A stretch of DNA of 61,790 nt, the filler included, from Sanchytrium tribonematis (Eukaryota), in NCBI GenBank assembly GCA_018985235.1. It is 9 parts of 9 records of this genome, joined end to end, with 100 filler letters (N's around TTAATTAATTAA, not from the genome) between each part and the next. Parts side by side here need not be neighbours in the genome. Positions count along the whole stretch, not along the records: positions 9,246 to 13,757 come from JADGIG010000712.1; positions 13,858 to 18,365 come from JADGIG010000713.1; positions 18,466 to 22,968 come from JADGIG010000714.1; positions 23,069 to 27,570 come from JADGIG010000715.1; 5 more parts are not named here. One strand, 5' to 3'. The notes under the pieces were generated by a model. That model was not told the origin of the DNA. It made no database searches and worked only from the letters and a program-made list of their open reading frames with translations. Position numbers and translations under genes: made by a program. Positions 12,071 through 23,141 of this stretch are shown in pieces (the first letter of the stretch is position 1; the number at the start of each line of letters is the position of its first letter).

Positions 12071-12832
12071 TCAATAATTCATCCAAATTATCAAAGAAAT
12101 CAACCAGGAAATGAAAATGCAACTAAATACCCATATTTTGGCCACTTCTACTTGTGCTACATCTCTAGCAACACTGCTGATGGTTGTGTAGCACCCAAAG
12201 AACCCATCCGCAATAGCAATGATCACAGATGATTTCGTAGTAAATTTGTACAAAAGAATTAAACCCAATGTTCCAGTGAAATTAATGAGAAATGTGCCTA
12301 AATAAACTCGATACTTGACATTTGGATTATTAATGAATGATACAAGATATCTACAGAGTACGCCAAATGGACTCAGCAAGAGCGGCAATGCGAAATCAGT
12401 AAAATCTAATAATGATAATACAAGACAAATGATCAACGAAGCATAGCCCATCAGTGCGTAAAGAAACTTACAGGGTATTTCTGATGGCGTTGGAATAATT
12501 AAACAAGCTTTAAATCCTAATTTAAAAGCAGCAACAAATAATGAAAATGTGGGTAGCAGCCATAAAGATGCCCAAGATGGATCTAATTGAACCAATATGT
12601 AAATCCAACCACTAAATGTTGTAATTGATCCACAAAGTGCCAATGCAATGTATTTTTCATCAGGATGATTAGAAGAAATGCCCATAATAAAAGAGCCGAC
12701 CATTTGGATAATAAGATTTGCAGATAATTGATTATAATAAGTAGTAGTCCATGAGAATTTGATGAGCAATCTGATCAATGTGCCTAATTGAGATAGAATT
12801 ATCAAGAATCCAATTTTCATAAACCAATTCAT
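12071..12832 (-). CDS. FEX1: Fluoride exporter (tandem CrcB/Fluc domains)
   Basis: GTLIR...LCGSITTFS and GVLCRY...GTFLINFTG...GFFGCYTTIS CrcB signatures. Confidence 0.88.
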   Translation of the reverse strand: MNWFMKIGFLIILSQLGTLIRLLIKFSWTTTYYNQLSANLIIQMVGSFIMGISSNHPDEKYIALALCGSITTFSGWIYILVQLDPSWASLWLLPTFSLFVAAFKLGFKACLIIPTPSEIPCKFLYALMGYASLIICLVLSLLDFTDFALPLLLSPFGVLCRYLVSFINNPNVKYRVYLGTFLINFTGTLGLILLYKFTTKSSVIIAIADGFFGCYTTISSVARDVAQVEVAKIWVFSCIFISWLISLIIWMNY

Positions 12833-12921
12833 GTTTCAGCTGCAATTTGGCAAAATTAATAAATGTGTTGCATTGACACACTCAATAAACTAGTCATGTC
12901 GTATATGTACTTATTTATTGG

Positions 12922-13221
12922 TTATAAAGTATCAAAATGGCCATATATCTCCAATAAATTGTCAAAATATAGCTCATCAAAGCTGTTACAATGTCCTTTC
13001 TCTTTCTTATGCTCTAAATCACTCATTTCACTCTCTAATGTTCTTTTCAAGCTGGATAAAAATACCGGGTTAGAGTGTTTTGCACGGACTAATGATCTTC
13101 TTATCATATTTGGATTACATTGTTCAGCAATTGCAAATTGAATGTATTCGTTTGGTTTATATGGGGAATCATCGATCAACAATGTTGGTTCTTGATATTT
13201 TTGAAAGATTGGTAGCTTCAT
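12922..13221 (-). CDS. Hypothetical protein
   Basis: 99-aa ATG ORF with upstream CCCC motif and downstream AATAAA. Confidence 0.5.
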   Translation of the reverse strand: MKLPIFQKYQEPTLLIDDSPYKPNEYIQFAIAEQCNPNMIRRSLVRAKHSNPVFLSSLKRTLESEMSDLEHKKEKGHCNSFDELYFDNLLEIYGHFDTL

Positions 13222-13857
13222 ACTAAAACGGGGACTGATTTGTTAAAAGAAAATTGTAGAATTTTAGAAACCCACTTGATTGGCTTATAATTAATGACAA
13301 GTCATAAATGAAGATTTACCATGATTGATCAAATTGAATTGAATTTTTTCAATTAATCTTTCGAGTTTAATGAAATTTATATTGAACTACCTCTAAATAT
13401 GCACCCATGATAGCAGACTAGGAGAATTCTCTTTAACTAAAATTTAAAATGTTTTCAATGATCTGAGCATGAAGTTCAAAAGATGGTTGTAAACTAACAA
13501 GTCAGATCCTCAATGCAGTAATGTAACTCTCTGTAATGCTCTTAGCGAACGAAGTGTCTTCTCCTTGATTTTTCATTATTGACCTCTCTGTATTCTTGGA
13601 TTAATCTGTTTGAACTTGTGATCAATTCAAGTGATTCAATATGTATTGACGAATAGAAAATTGACGTTGACTTGCTTATTGGTGTCCTGTGATTGGATAT
13701 TGCCACATTTATTTTTGATAGATGAAAAGTCGTTCCCCTTGAATCATCCTCTTCATGNNNNNNNNNNNNNNNNNNNNNNNNNNNNNNNNNNNNNNNNNNN
13801 NTTAATTAATTAANNNNNNNNNNNNNNNNNNNNNNNNNNNNNNNNNNNNNNNNNNNN

Positions 13858-13968
13858 AACGAAATAATCAGTATTTGTATACTTAATATCCAATTCGGTA
13901 GCAAATTGTATGACTTGTTTACAATCTACAGAGACAGCACTTAGTAATGATAAAAGAAGCGTGTTCAT
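13858..13968 (-). CDS. N-terminus of a tandem LRR paralog (truncated by contig end)
   Basis: MNTLLLSLLSAVSVDCKQVIQFATELDIKYTNTDYF is nearly identical to the start of the gene at 16883. Confidence 0.85.
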
Positions 13969-14065
13969 TCTTCAAAATGGGTCAGTGGCTTGGAAAAAAT
14001 AAATTGGAAGCCAAAAGACTTTAAAAATTCTGATGCAGAAATCCCTTACGTAAAAATAGTTTTAT

Positions 14066-16883
14066 TTAAAATGCTGATTGAGGATATTGCTTGCTTGTTC
14101 TTTTCTTCTTTTGTCGCCCCAATCGATTTGCAAACAATGTCATAATAAATAAGCCATCCACAGATAATTTGACAATCATCTGCCATGTCCAATGTAATTG
14201 AAATGGGCGCAATCCAAATTTTGTCAATGTGGTCCCTGCAACATTCGCCAATGTGAATGTACTGCTTGTTGCAAATGAGTTATCAGTAGTTTCATTGGAT
14301 GAAAGCAATGTGGTTCTTTTGAATGGAATACGTGTTATGACTAAATAAATGCAAATTACTGGATGGGGCATCATTTTGCAATTCTGAGCTAAAGGCTGAC
14401 CATTCTGCTGTGTTTGCTGGTACAGAGACAGTAAATTCTGCTGATTTACTACTTGTCACAACTATTTCAGTAGAATCCCCACTTGTTTCTCTTGTAAAAC
14501 TACTTGAAATAGTTGTGGAAATCAAACTACTCGATAAAACAATTTGCAATTGCAATGGTTTTGGGGTCAAATAATACTTTTTACACATGGTGTAATTACC
14601 AATAAATGTGCTATTCAGTAATGGATTATAAGAAACATCACAATTTGTTAAAAGTGTGGTATTTTTAATTTCAATGCTTGAAATATTTGTATTTCCTAAA
14701 ATCAATGTTTTAGGATGATTTACGAATAATTTATCGTTAAAAGTATTACCCTCTCGTGCATTATCACCCAATACAATTGTCTGTAATGAGTCAGGGAATG
14801 TTGGTAATGGACCAATGAAATAATTGCCTTGAATTTGCAATTCTGTCAAATTGGGTGGCAATGGTGGTAAAACACCTTTGAGTCCGCAATACATCAATTC
14901 AACACTAGTGAGAGTGCTTGGTAACGAAGATACATCTCCTTTCAAATCCAAATTGGTCATTTTTAATGTTTCTAATCCCTCTTCAAATTTTGGTAATGCT
15001 CCACCAATATTGATATTTCCGACTTCAAAATATTTAATATGACCCGGAAGAGTAGGTGGCAACTTGGCAGTCTGATTAAATTTGAATGAAATCTTCAAAG
15101 TTTGCAAAGAAGGAGGAATATCTTCCACATCAAACACATATCCATTTACAGTGTTTAAAATCAATTGATCAATTTGGTTTATGTTTAAAGCTGTGACATT
15201 TTGATTGACACAAGTGACTGTGCCATATGGATCATCACAGCAATTCTCTTCCACCAGAAATGGGGGAGATAAATTCATTTTATGAAACATTCTGAGGACA
15301 TATTTGCAAGAATCCAAATAAGAAGGTTCTGTATACCACTGATATTGTGTTTTACAATTTGTAAAATTACCCATTTGATTTTGAGGAATCATATTATATG
15401 AAACATCACAAAATAATGCCGTTGTACCCGGTTTTGCCCATATTTTATCAATAAAATTGCTTCTAAATCTAAAATAAATGGGTCGACTTGAATAAAAACC
15501 AGTCATATCGATGACACCTTTGATCTGATTATATGACAAATCAATAAATTCGATTTGACTTCCTTGTAACTCATTTTCAACAGCTGTAAATTGATTCTGA
15601 CTGACTCTCAAGGTTTTTATGGATAAAATATTGGGAATAGTTCCATTTAATCGATTTCTGTCAAGTTGCACTACTTTTAGATTGGGAGGCAATTTGCCAG
15701 AAATGGGTCCCGTTAATTGATTGTCATACAATTCTAATGAATTTAGATTCACTAAATGGGATAAATCTGGAAAAGGCCCAGTAATCTGGTTCATTCTCAA
15801 CTCTAAAATATTCAGGGTGTTGGGCAATAAAGTGCCATTTATAGTTCCATTCAAGTTTTGTTCATAAAATTGAATACTACTGATTCTATTTGATGAACAA
15901 CCATAGAATCCATCACAGCAATTTTGGCTATTTTCGATCTTATTGAAGTAATCCGGACTTGTTAAATGCATGTTTAATTGTTTTAAAAATTGAATAAAAT
16001 TGGGACAATCTGGAGATGGAGTGGTTTTCAATGAATAAGAACATCCATATGGTTGAAGGGCCAATAAATCATTATTATTTGACGTATCAAATTGGATATA
16101 TCCAATATTGCAGGTCTTCAACTTTTGAGGATTCAAGACAAATAAATTGTCAATTTTGTTGAAAGCGATGTTCAAACTGGTGATATTGGGAGAAGCAATC
16201 GTTAAATTGCCAGTAATTTGATTTCCACGCAATTGTAATTCTTTAATGTGCTTAAAATCAAAGGAGATAGGGCCATATAAATGAGAAAACTGCAAATCCA
16301 AAAATTCAATGGTATCTGGTAGATTTGGAAACCGACGTGGTACATAATTGACATAGGAATACAATCCGTTATTGTACAATGTCTTCAAATTCATGGCATT
16401 CTTTGGATAAATATCATAAATATGACCATACAAATCAATATATTCCAAAGAATCTGGTAAAATGGGTAAATTGGGTGGATTTGTCTCGTCATAATCACCC
16501 AATATAAAGTATGTCAAATTGGGAAATGCATTTAGATTGAATCTAATGTAGTTTGCTTCTGTTAAATCCATAACTTTGAGAGAATCGGGTAATTTCGTAA
16601 TCATCATGGATTTCGTGCTATATGCCAAGTCTAACACGCGTAAACTGGGTGGTAGAATGATATTGGGATGTGTTGCTTGCTTATAATCACTCGTAAATCC
16701 CCAATGGATCTCCGTCACCGTCTCATTTTGACAAACAACTCCAACTCCTAAACAACAATCTTGCTCATACTGAATGAAATAATCAGTATTTGTATACTTG
16801 ATATCCATATCTAATGCCAGTTGAATGACCGTGGGACAATCCACAGAGACAGCGCTAAGTAATGTCAAAAGTAGCGCGTACAT
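14066..16883 (-). CDS. Large secreted/TM LRR protein with three capped LRR modules; complement(join(14066..14340,14360..16883))
   Basis: Signal peptide and three DC/SC..CC..C caps each followed by LRRs. A 19-nt intron joins the S/T stalk to the TM plus basic tail (WQMIVKLSVDGLFIMTLFANRLGRQKKKR). Confidence 0.88.
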
Positions 16884-16941
16884 TTAAAGGTGGCTCGATT
16901 CGGAATCGAAAACGATCCAAAATCAATCAAATAAAATCAAT

Positions 16942-17706
16942 TTATTTCAAAAACAATAGCAGTAATAACAACAAACTAGGCTGTAATTGAAATCCATCTG
17001 CTTTTTGATTTATGGGTCTAATGGCTGCAAATGTTTGTGTTTTATACACTGACGTTGTTTTATCATCCATAACAGTCTGTGTCAATGCATAACTCACAAA
17101 ATACTCCACAGTTTTTGATGGATCTTTGTTTTGAATGGCTTGTGACGGTGTTTGAACAATCACATCTCCTTTCGGTTTCTCACTTAAAATTGGTGCATTT
17201 GGAGGAATAATAGGTGTTTGTTGTGTTTCTGATAAGACTGGTTGATTTGATGATGGTTGAATGAGATTTTGTTGAGCAGGAGGATTGGAAGTAGGTGGAG
17301 AAATGTTGCTTGGGTTATTAGTAGGGTTGTTTGTTGGATTATTGGGTGGATTATTGGATGTACTAGTTTGTGAGTTGCTAGTTGGATTTAATGGTGGCTG
17401 CGCGGGAGTGTTGCCTTGTGTTGTAGTTGTTGATGATGGCGGAGATGTAGTGCCTTTATTATCACTGTTACTCGTAGCTAATGGTAAAAAGAATGGCTGC
17501 TTAGGTGGATTATTTGTAAGATCTGGTTTTTGGCTATTTTGAGTCACAGGCGTATTTTGAGTGGCAATTTTAACGGGTGGATTTGTAGGCGGATTTGCTG
17601 GTGGATTGGATGGGGGATTGGATGGGGGATTTGCTGGTGGACTAGGTGGATTTGATGCTGTATTTTGATTATTGGTGTTTGCAACTTGAGAATTTGGAGT
17701 ACTCAT
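16942..17706 (-). CDS. Pro/Asn/Thr-rich surface protein with C-terminal hydrophobic (GPI-like) tail
   Basis: NPP repeats; ends SLLLLLLLFLK*. Confidence 0.75.
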   Translation of the reverse strand: MSTPNSQVANTNNQNTASNPPSPPANPPSNPPSNPPANPPTNPPVKIATQNTPVTQNSQKPDLTNNPPKQPFFLPLATSNSDNKGTTSPPSSTTTTQGNTPAQPPLNPTSNSQTSTSNNPPNNPTNNPTNNPSNISPPTSNPPAQQNLIQPSSNQPVLSETQQTPIIPPNAPILSEKPKGDVIVQTPSQAIQNKDPSKTVEYFVSYALTQTVMDDKTTSVYKTQTFAAIRPINQKADGFQLQPSLLLLLLLFLK

Positions 17707-17948
17707 CTCCCAGTTTCTTCCTTGTAAAAAATACCAGTTGCAATTGCATCATAAATGCAAACATTAAAAGCTGCTCTGCTCCTGTAAAATTGTCGCAGAA
17801 TTCACAGACCTACTAGTACGAAGTGTGATTGGATGTAAGTTCTATAAATGTTCTTTATTGGAACTGTTAAAGGTGTTTTGGGTGAATTTCCTGTGAAATG
17901 TCTGCGTGAGTAGTTAAATAGAGAGGAGTACTACAAATCTACTTTAGA

Positions 17949-18365
17949 ATGACTCTTTTATTACTTTTTGCGTTGCTCGCATTGTCTACAAGTCCATCAG
18001 GACCTATCAACGAACCAGGACAACCAGATATTGATGCAATTTATAAAGACGCGAGATATCTAAATTGGGTTACTGGACCTATAGCTAAGACAGAGGTAAA
18101 AAAAATTGCCCAATTATTAGCTTTAAAAGAAGTTGGTCAATCAATTCCCATTGGCATCCAATTTGATGTTATCGATAAATACCTTGAATCGTATCCACAT
18201 CTGAAAAAAGAGGTGAAAAGGCAAGAGATGTATATCAATATTAGAAGTTGGTATCGAGAATATGTCGATTGGAAGATCATTCCCGATATTGCCGTTACAA
18301 TTAAGGAGATGTTGACTGAAATCAAAAACTTAAGAAAAATTGCTGAAATTAAATTTAAATATGCT
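17949..18365 (+). CDS. Secreted hypothetical protein (truncated by contig end)
   Basis: Signal peptide MTLLLLFALLALS; frame open to the linker. Confidence 0.65.
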
Positions 18366-18465
18366 NNNNNNNNNNNNNNNNNNNNNNNNNNNNNNNNNNN
18401 NNNNNNNNNTTAATTAATTAANNNNNNNNNNNNNNNNNNNNNNNNNNNNNNNNNNNNNNNNNNNN

Positions 18466-21400
18466 ACCATCTTTTGGCAACACTATTATTTACAATGATA
18501 AAGATTGGCAATTGTGCCTCTACAATGAACCTGAATTAAAAGCAAGAGAGATTGAAAAGATTGAGAAATTCATTATTGATCGAGGTGCCATCCATTTTGT
18601 AAGAACTGGAAAATATCACTTTTCCAAGTTGGCTAAATTCTATTGTGAGTCTTATTCAGGAATTATGTGCTTATCTGAACTTCAAAGTGAAATTAAGCAG
18701 GCTGAATGGGTGTCCAAAATTAATGACAAAATCAAAAGCAACCAAAAATTAAATGCGGACAACATTGTGCACACTGATGAAGAAGATAGCAAGATTGGAA
18801 TGCATAAAGTAGTCACTCCAAAACCACGTCCAAAGCACCAAGTAGAATTGACTAAAGATGAATCGATGATGGACATTGACAAGTCCCTTTTGAAAGAAAA
18901 GAGCAAGGAAATGGATGATAGATCAAAAAAGACCCAATCAAGCAAGAAAATCCAGTCTTTTAAAATCGTAGTTGACAATGTCTCCAGAATGCACAAGTTC
19001 AAAAAGAATTTAAAAATCAAACATTGCATTGATGACAAATTAAACCCCTCAATCATCTACTACAATATGACTCGTGTACTGGATACTGATTATGACAAGT
19101 TAATCGAACCAGACTCAACATTGTTTATTGTGGCTGATGCAAAATTAGATCATCATTTTGAGTACAAATCTGGAAAATCTCAAGCCACTTCAATGATGGT
19201 TCCAGTGAAGACCAACATTTTTGACCTATTACCAATGTTTGTTGTCAACAACACCGAAAAGTACGATATTTTATTCAATGGAGTGAAATTGGATCCTGTT
19301 TTAGGTGGAATGAAAATCCTTACGTTAGAGGACAAATCTGGTGCTATTAAAGCAGTAAATTCAGTTTCTGCTTATGTGCCACGTTTTCGTTTGAATTTAT
19401 TTTCACTTTTTCATGCCATTACAAGCATCCTTCCAATATTATGCATTTTGATGATGCCATCCACTTACTCCTTTAATTTGAAATTCTGCGGCCAATCTTT
19501 TCACATTGACGGTGCTGAGACTGTACAGGACTTGGCAATTGATTTGATTGCACGTGGATTGCCATCGGGTCAATTTATTTTTGAAGGAGAACAAATGCCA
19601 TTGGGAACCAAATTAGAGGATAAACACAATAATAATATATTTTATAGAACAATAGATGTACCAACAGAATCCAATAACACCGAAGTACAAACTTTGAAGA
19701 TTGCCAGATGGAATATCAATGGACTCGCTTTTAACATTTCTGATGTACAGGATCTGATTATTAAAAATAATCTAGATCTCTGTTTCTTGAGTGAATGCAA
19801 AATACGCCATGATTACCCGTTACCCCCAAATGCCACCTACTTCAATTTAGATAAGAATAATCAAAATACTCGATATGGATGTGCAGTATTCGTAAATCCC
19901 CAAAAATATGCCGTTGGTGATTTAAATGTATATGGGTCACCTTCACATGTATCAGTCAAGATGCAATCAATAGAAATCTTGTTTATTTACCGTATCCTTG
20001 CTATTTCACCAATGGAATGGTTGGATCAAGTCAAGCCATTATTATCCCCCAAGACATTTGTTTTTGGGGATTTTAATATCAACAAACTCATTGCACTAAC
20101 AACAGAGCAACTATCATTCTTTGACTCTATGGCAGCTCTTGGATTCTATCAATTTGACATCCCAAATGAATATGGATACACTTTCTTGAAAAATGGAAGA
20201 ATTGGACTTGACGACTACGCATTTTATTTAAATAACACCTCTTATTGAATCAATGATGCTTATTATTTTGATAGATTTGATCTAAGTGACCACATGGGAA
20301 TGATTTTTGAGATAGAATTGGATAATTCAGAAGTGTTAATTTATCCTAAAAGAAGTCAATGGAATGTGGGTAAATTACAGGATGATCAAGTAAAATATCA
20401 ATATAAGCATGATTTAGATTTGCTAATAACACAAAACACTGAATTGCCCAAGAAATGCTCATATTTGATAATTTAAATCTTGACCCACAAATTCGTTTTG
20501 AAGCATGCAATAATATAGGAAATGACCTGGTCAGAATGCTTAATATTGCTGCCAATAATAATTTTGGTAAAACACGCAAAAGATATGGTATTAAATGCTC
20601 ATCTTTAACAGATGTGACCACAAACAGATTATTGGGTAATAACGACATAGCTAATAAAATAATAGAAAAAGCACGCAAGTTGGCAATGAAGAAATATAAA
20701 AAGGACATGGATAAGCTACCAACTGGGCATTATCAGAAAATCATTAAAATCGCAGCTCGTCGCAAGGGGATTAGTAGACAATATTTAGATAGACTGAAAA
20801 TTGTAGACCACCTGGAACAATGGCAACCCAAATGGGCACTTGAAGATGATGTACATGATGCATTTATTCCTAATTCACTACCCAATGTTGATTGGAATGA
20901 CTGCTCAATGGAAGATTTTTTGCAAATTCTCATGAAAACACCCAAATCCAAATCAACAGGTGATGATGGGGTTAAAAATGAGCTTTTACATGAGTCTAGT
21001 GACAGATTTAAGTCCCTTTTATGTAAATACATGAACTTAATAGGGAAACATGGGATGGTGCCTGATTTGATGAGATATTCTCTGATCGTACCCGTTCACA
21101 AGGGCCGCACAAGTAATTATGAAAGCATATTAGAATATAGGCCTATTGGACTGGTGTCTACACTTCGTAAGCTTTTCGAATTGATGTGGAAACCTCGTTT
21201 ACTAGATTTTTTACACACGAAAGAAAACCAACACGGTTTCAAAACAGCCGCAAGCACACTTGATGCTGCCTGGTACCTTCAAAACAGATTAATGGAAATG
21301 GGTTACAACCCTGATGAGCATCTACTAGTAAAGGGCGACGTAACTGCTGCTTTTGATTCAATTGAATATGAGCCAATGATGGAATTATTTGAGGGATTAA

Positions 21401-22968
21401 ATATGCCAGATAACTACAAATCACTCATAATTAATCTATGCACTCGCCAGAATATTCAACTACTCATTGGAGATATTAAATCGCAGTCTCGTGGATGTGG
21501 TCGTGGTCTGTTACAAGGGACAACAATTTCACCCAATATCTTCACTAAATTAGTAGACATGGTAATGGATGGGATGGACATTTTATCAGTATGGTTTGCA
21601 GATGACATTATATATGCTATTAAAAAGACAGAATATAATCAAGTGCTACTGGATATCCAATCTAGACTCTCAAGAATTGGGCTCACATTCAATGAATCAA
21701 AAACATACCCGCTGACCCATGACTTTGAGTACTGGCTTGGTTTTACTGTAAATTGCCACGGAATTAATGGGAACCAACAAGCAACTAGAAATCTACAAAA
21801 AGCTAAGAATAAGCTCAGAAATGCTCGCAATCTCGGAATTTTTAAAAATGCAGCTAAAAGCAGTCATTTATTACGCTATATTGGAAGTAGCTTGCTTCCT
21901 GTACTTGATTATGGCCTTGGATTGCATGATCCAATCCCTGAAATCGCCATGAAATTCGATGTCTTTATAAATTCCGCTGTAAGGACCCTATTGGGGATCC
22001 CATTCCCAACTCCCATAGCTGATATACGTGAATATTGTGGCTATTCATCCTACCTGGAGCGATGGCATTGTTTACAAGCAAAATTTAAAAACAGAGTCGC
22101 AGTTAAACAAAATCAGCTAAAAAGCATTGAATTTGCTCCTAAACCCAGATTTTCATTCACAATGGACAAGCAACTATCCAAACAAGCAGTTAAACATCCA
22201 TTTTTAAACCAAATATTCACACAAAAGTATCCAAACAGGACGATGGACTGCAGCAAATGCAATGGAACCCATAAATTCGTAAACAAACTATTTCAATGTC
22301 ATTCATTTCAATTTAATAATGAGTTGGATTCAATTTGCAATTTACATGAGGGCGAAACTGTGATTCAAATCCCCCCTGATTGGACAGCAACTATTCAAAG
22401 TTATCAAAATCAAATGATTTGTGATGAAATACACGTTTACAGTGATGCGAGTGTCCATAAATCACCTTTCAATAATGCAACTTCAGCATTTATTGTCATC
22501 TCAAAAGCGAATTATGCATTTAAAGTACACAAATTAAGTCACCTACAAATTGCTGATTCTACCAGAGCAGAAATATGCGGTCTAGCCAATTCAATTATCC
22601 ACTTAAACCAGCACTTTGACACCCAAAATCCCAGAATCACATTCTTCTGTGACAATAAAGCAGCAAATAGTAGTTTTATAGATGCTATGAATGGATCAAA
22701 ACCTCTTTATAATATTTACAGTATTGATATTATTAGTCAAGTATTAAATATGCTGCAACCATCTATGCAATTCAAATATGTGAAGGGACATGATCACTCA
22801 AATCCCCAAAATATCAACCACTTAGTTGATTATCTTACGCATTACCATTCACAAGCCGATATTAGCATATTGAAGTTAAATTATTAACCCAAAATACAAA
22901 GCAATGATGCGCAAAAGAAAAACAAAAGAGAGAAGAGACGTATTTCGACTTGAATTTTTGAAAGAAAG
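18466..22968 (+). mobile_element. Non-LTR retrotransposon: N-terminal extension with Ubl-like domain(s), APE endonuclease, RT, Cys/His knuckle-like motif, RNase H; interrupted by one TGA and one frameshift
   Basis: APE: WNINGL, FLSE, GDFN, YTF, LDD, SDH. RT: YRPIGL, QHGF, DVTAAFDSI, GLLQG, WFADD. Knuckle: CSKC..H..C. RNase H: YSDAS, RAE, CDN, KGH, NHLVD. Frame open from the contig start. Confidence 0.93.
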
Positions 22969-23141
22969 NNNNNNNNNNNNNNNNNNNNNNNNNNNNNNNN
23001 NNNNNNNNNNNNTTAATTAATTAANNNNNNNNNNNNNNNNNNNNNNNNNNNNNNNNNNNNNNNNNNNNATTTGGACAATAAATGTTGTGAAAAAATGTGT
23101 TTGAAATTTATGACAAGTTATAAAAGACATTGCACATGTTT

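Noticed and set aside
13280..13757. Possible gene fragment at the contig end
   Set aside because: Only short open frames on either strand with no motif; cannot be supported.
17949..18511. Signal-peptide ORF as the 5' part of the retrotransposon ORF
   Set aside because: A linker separates them and contig order is arbitrary, so there is no evidence of linkage.
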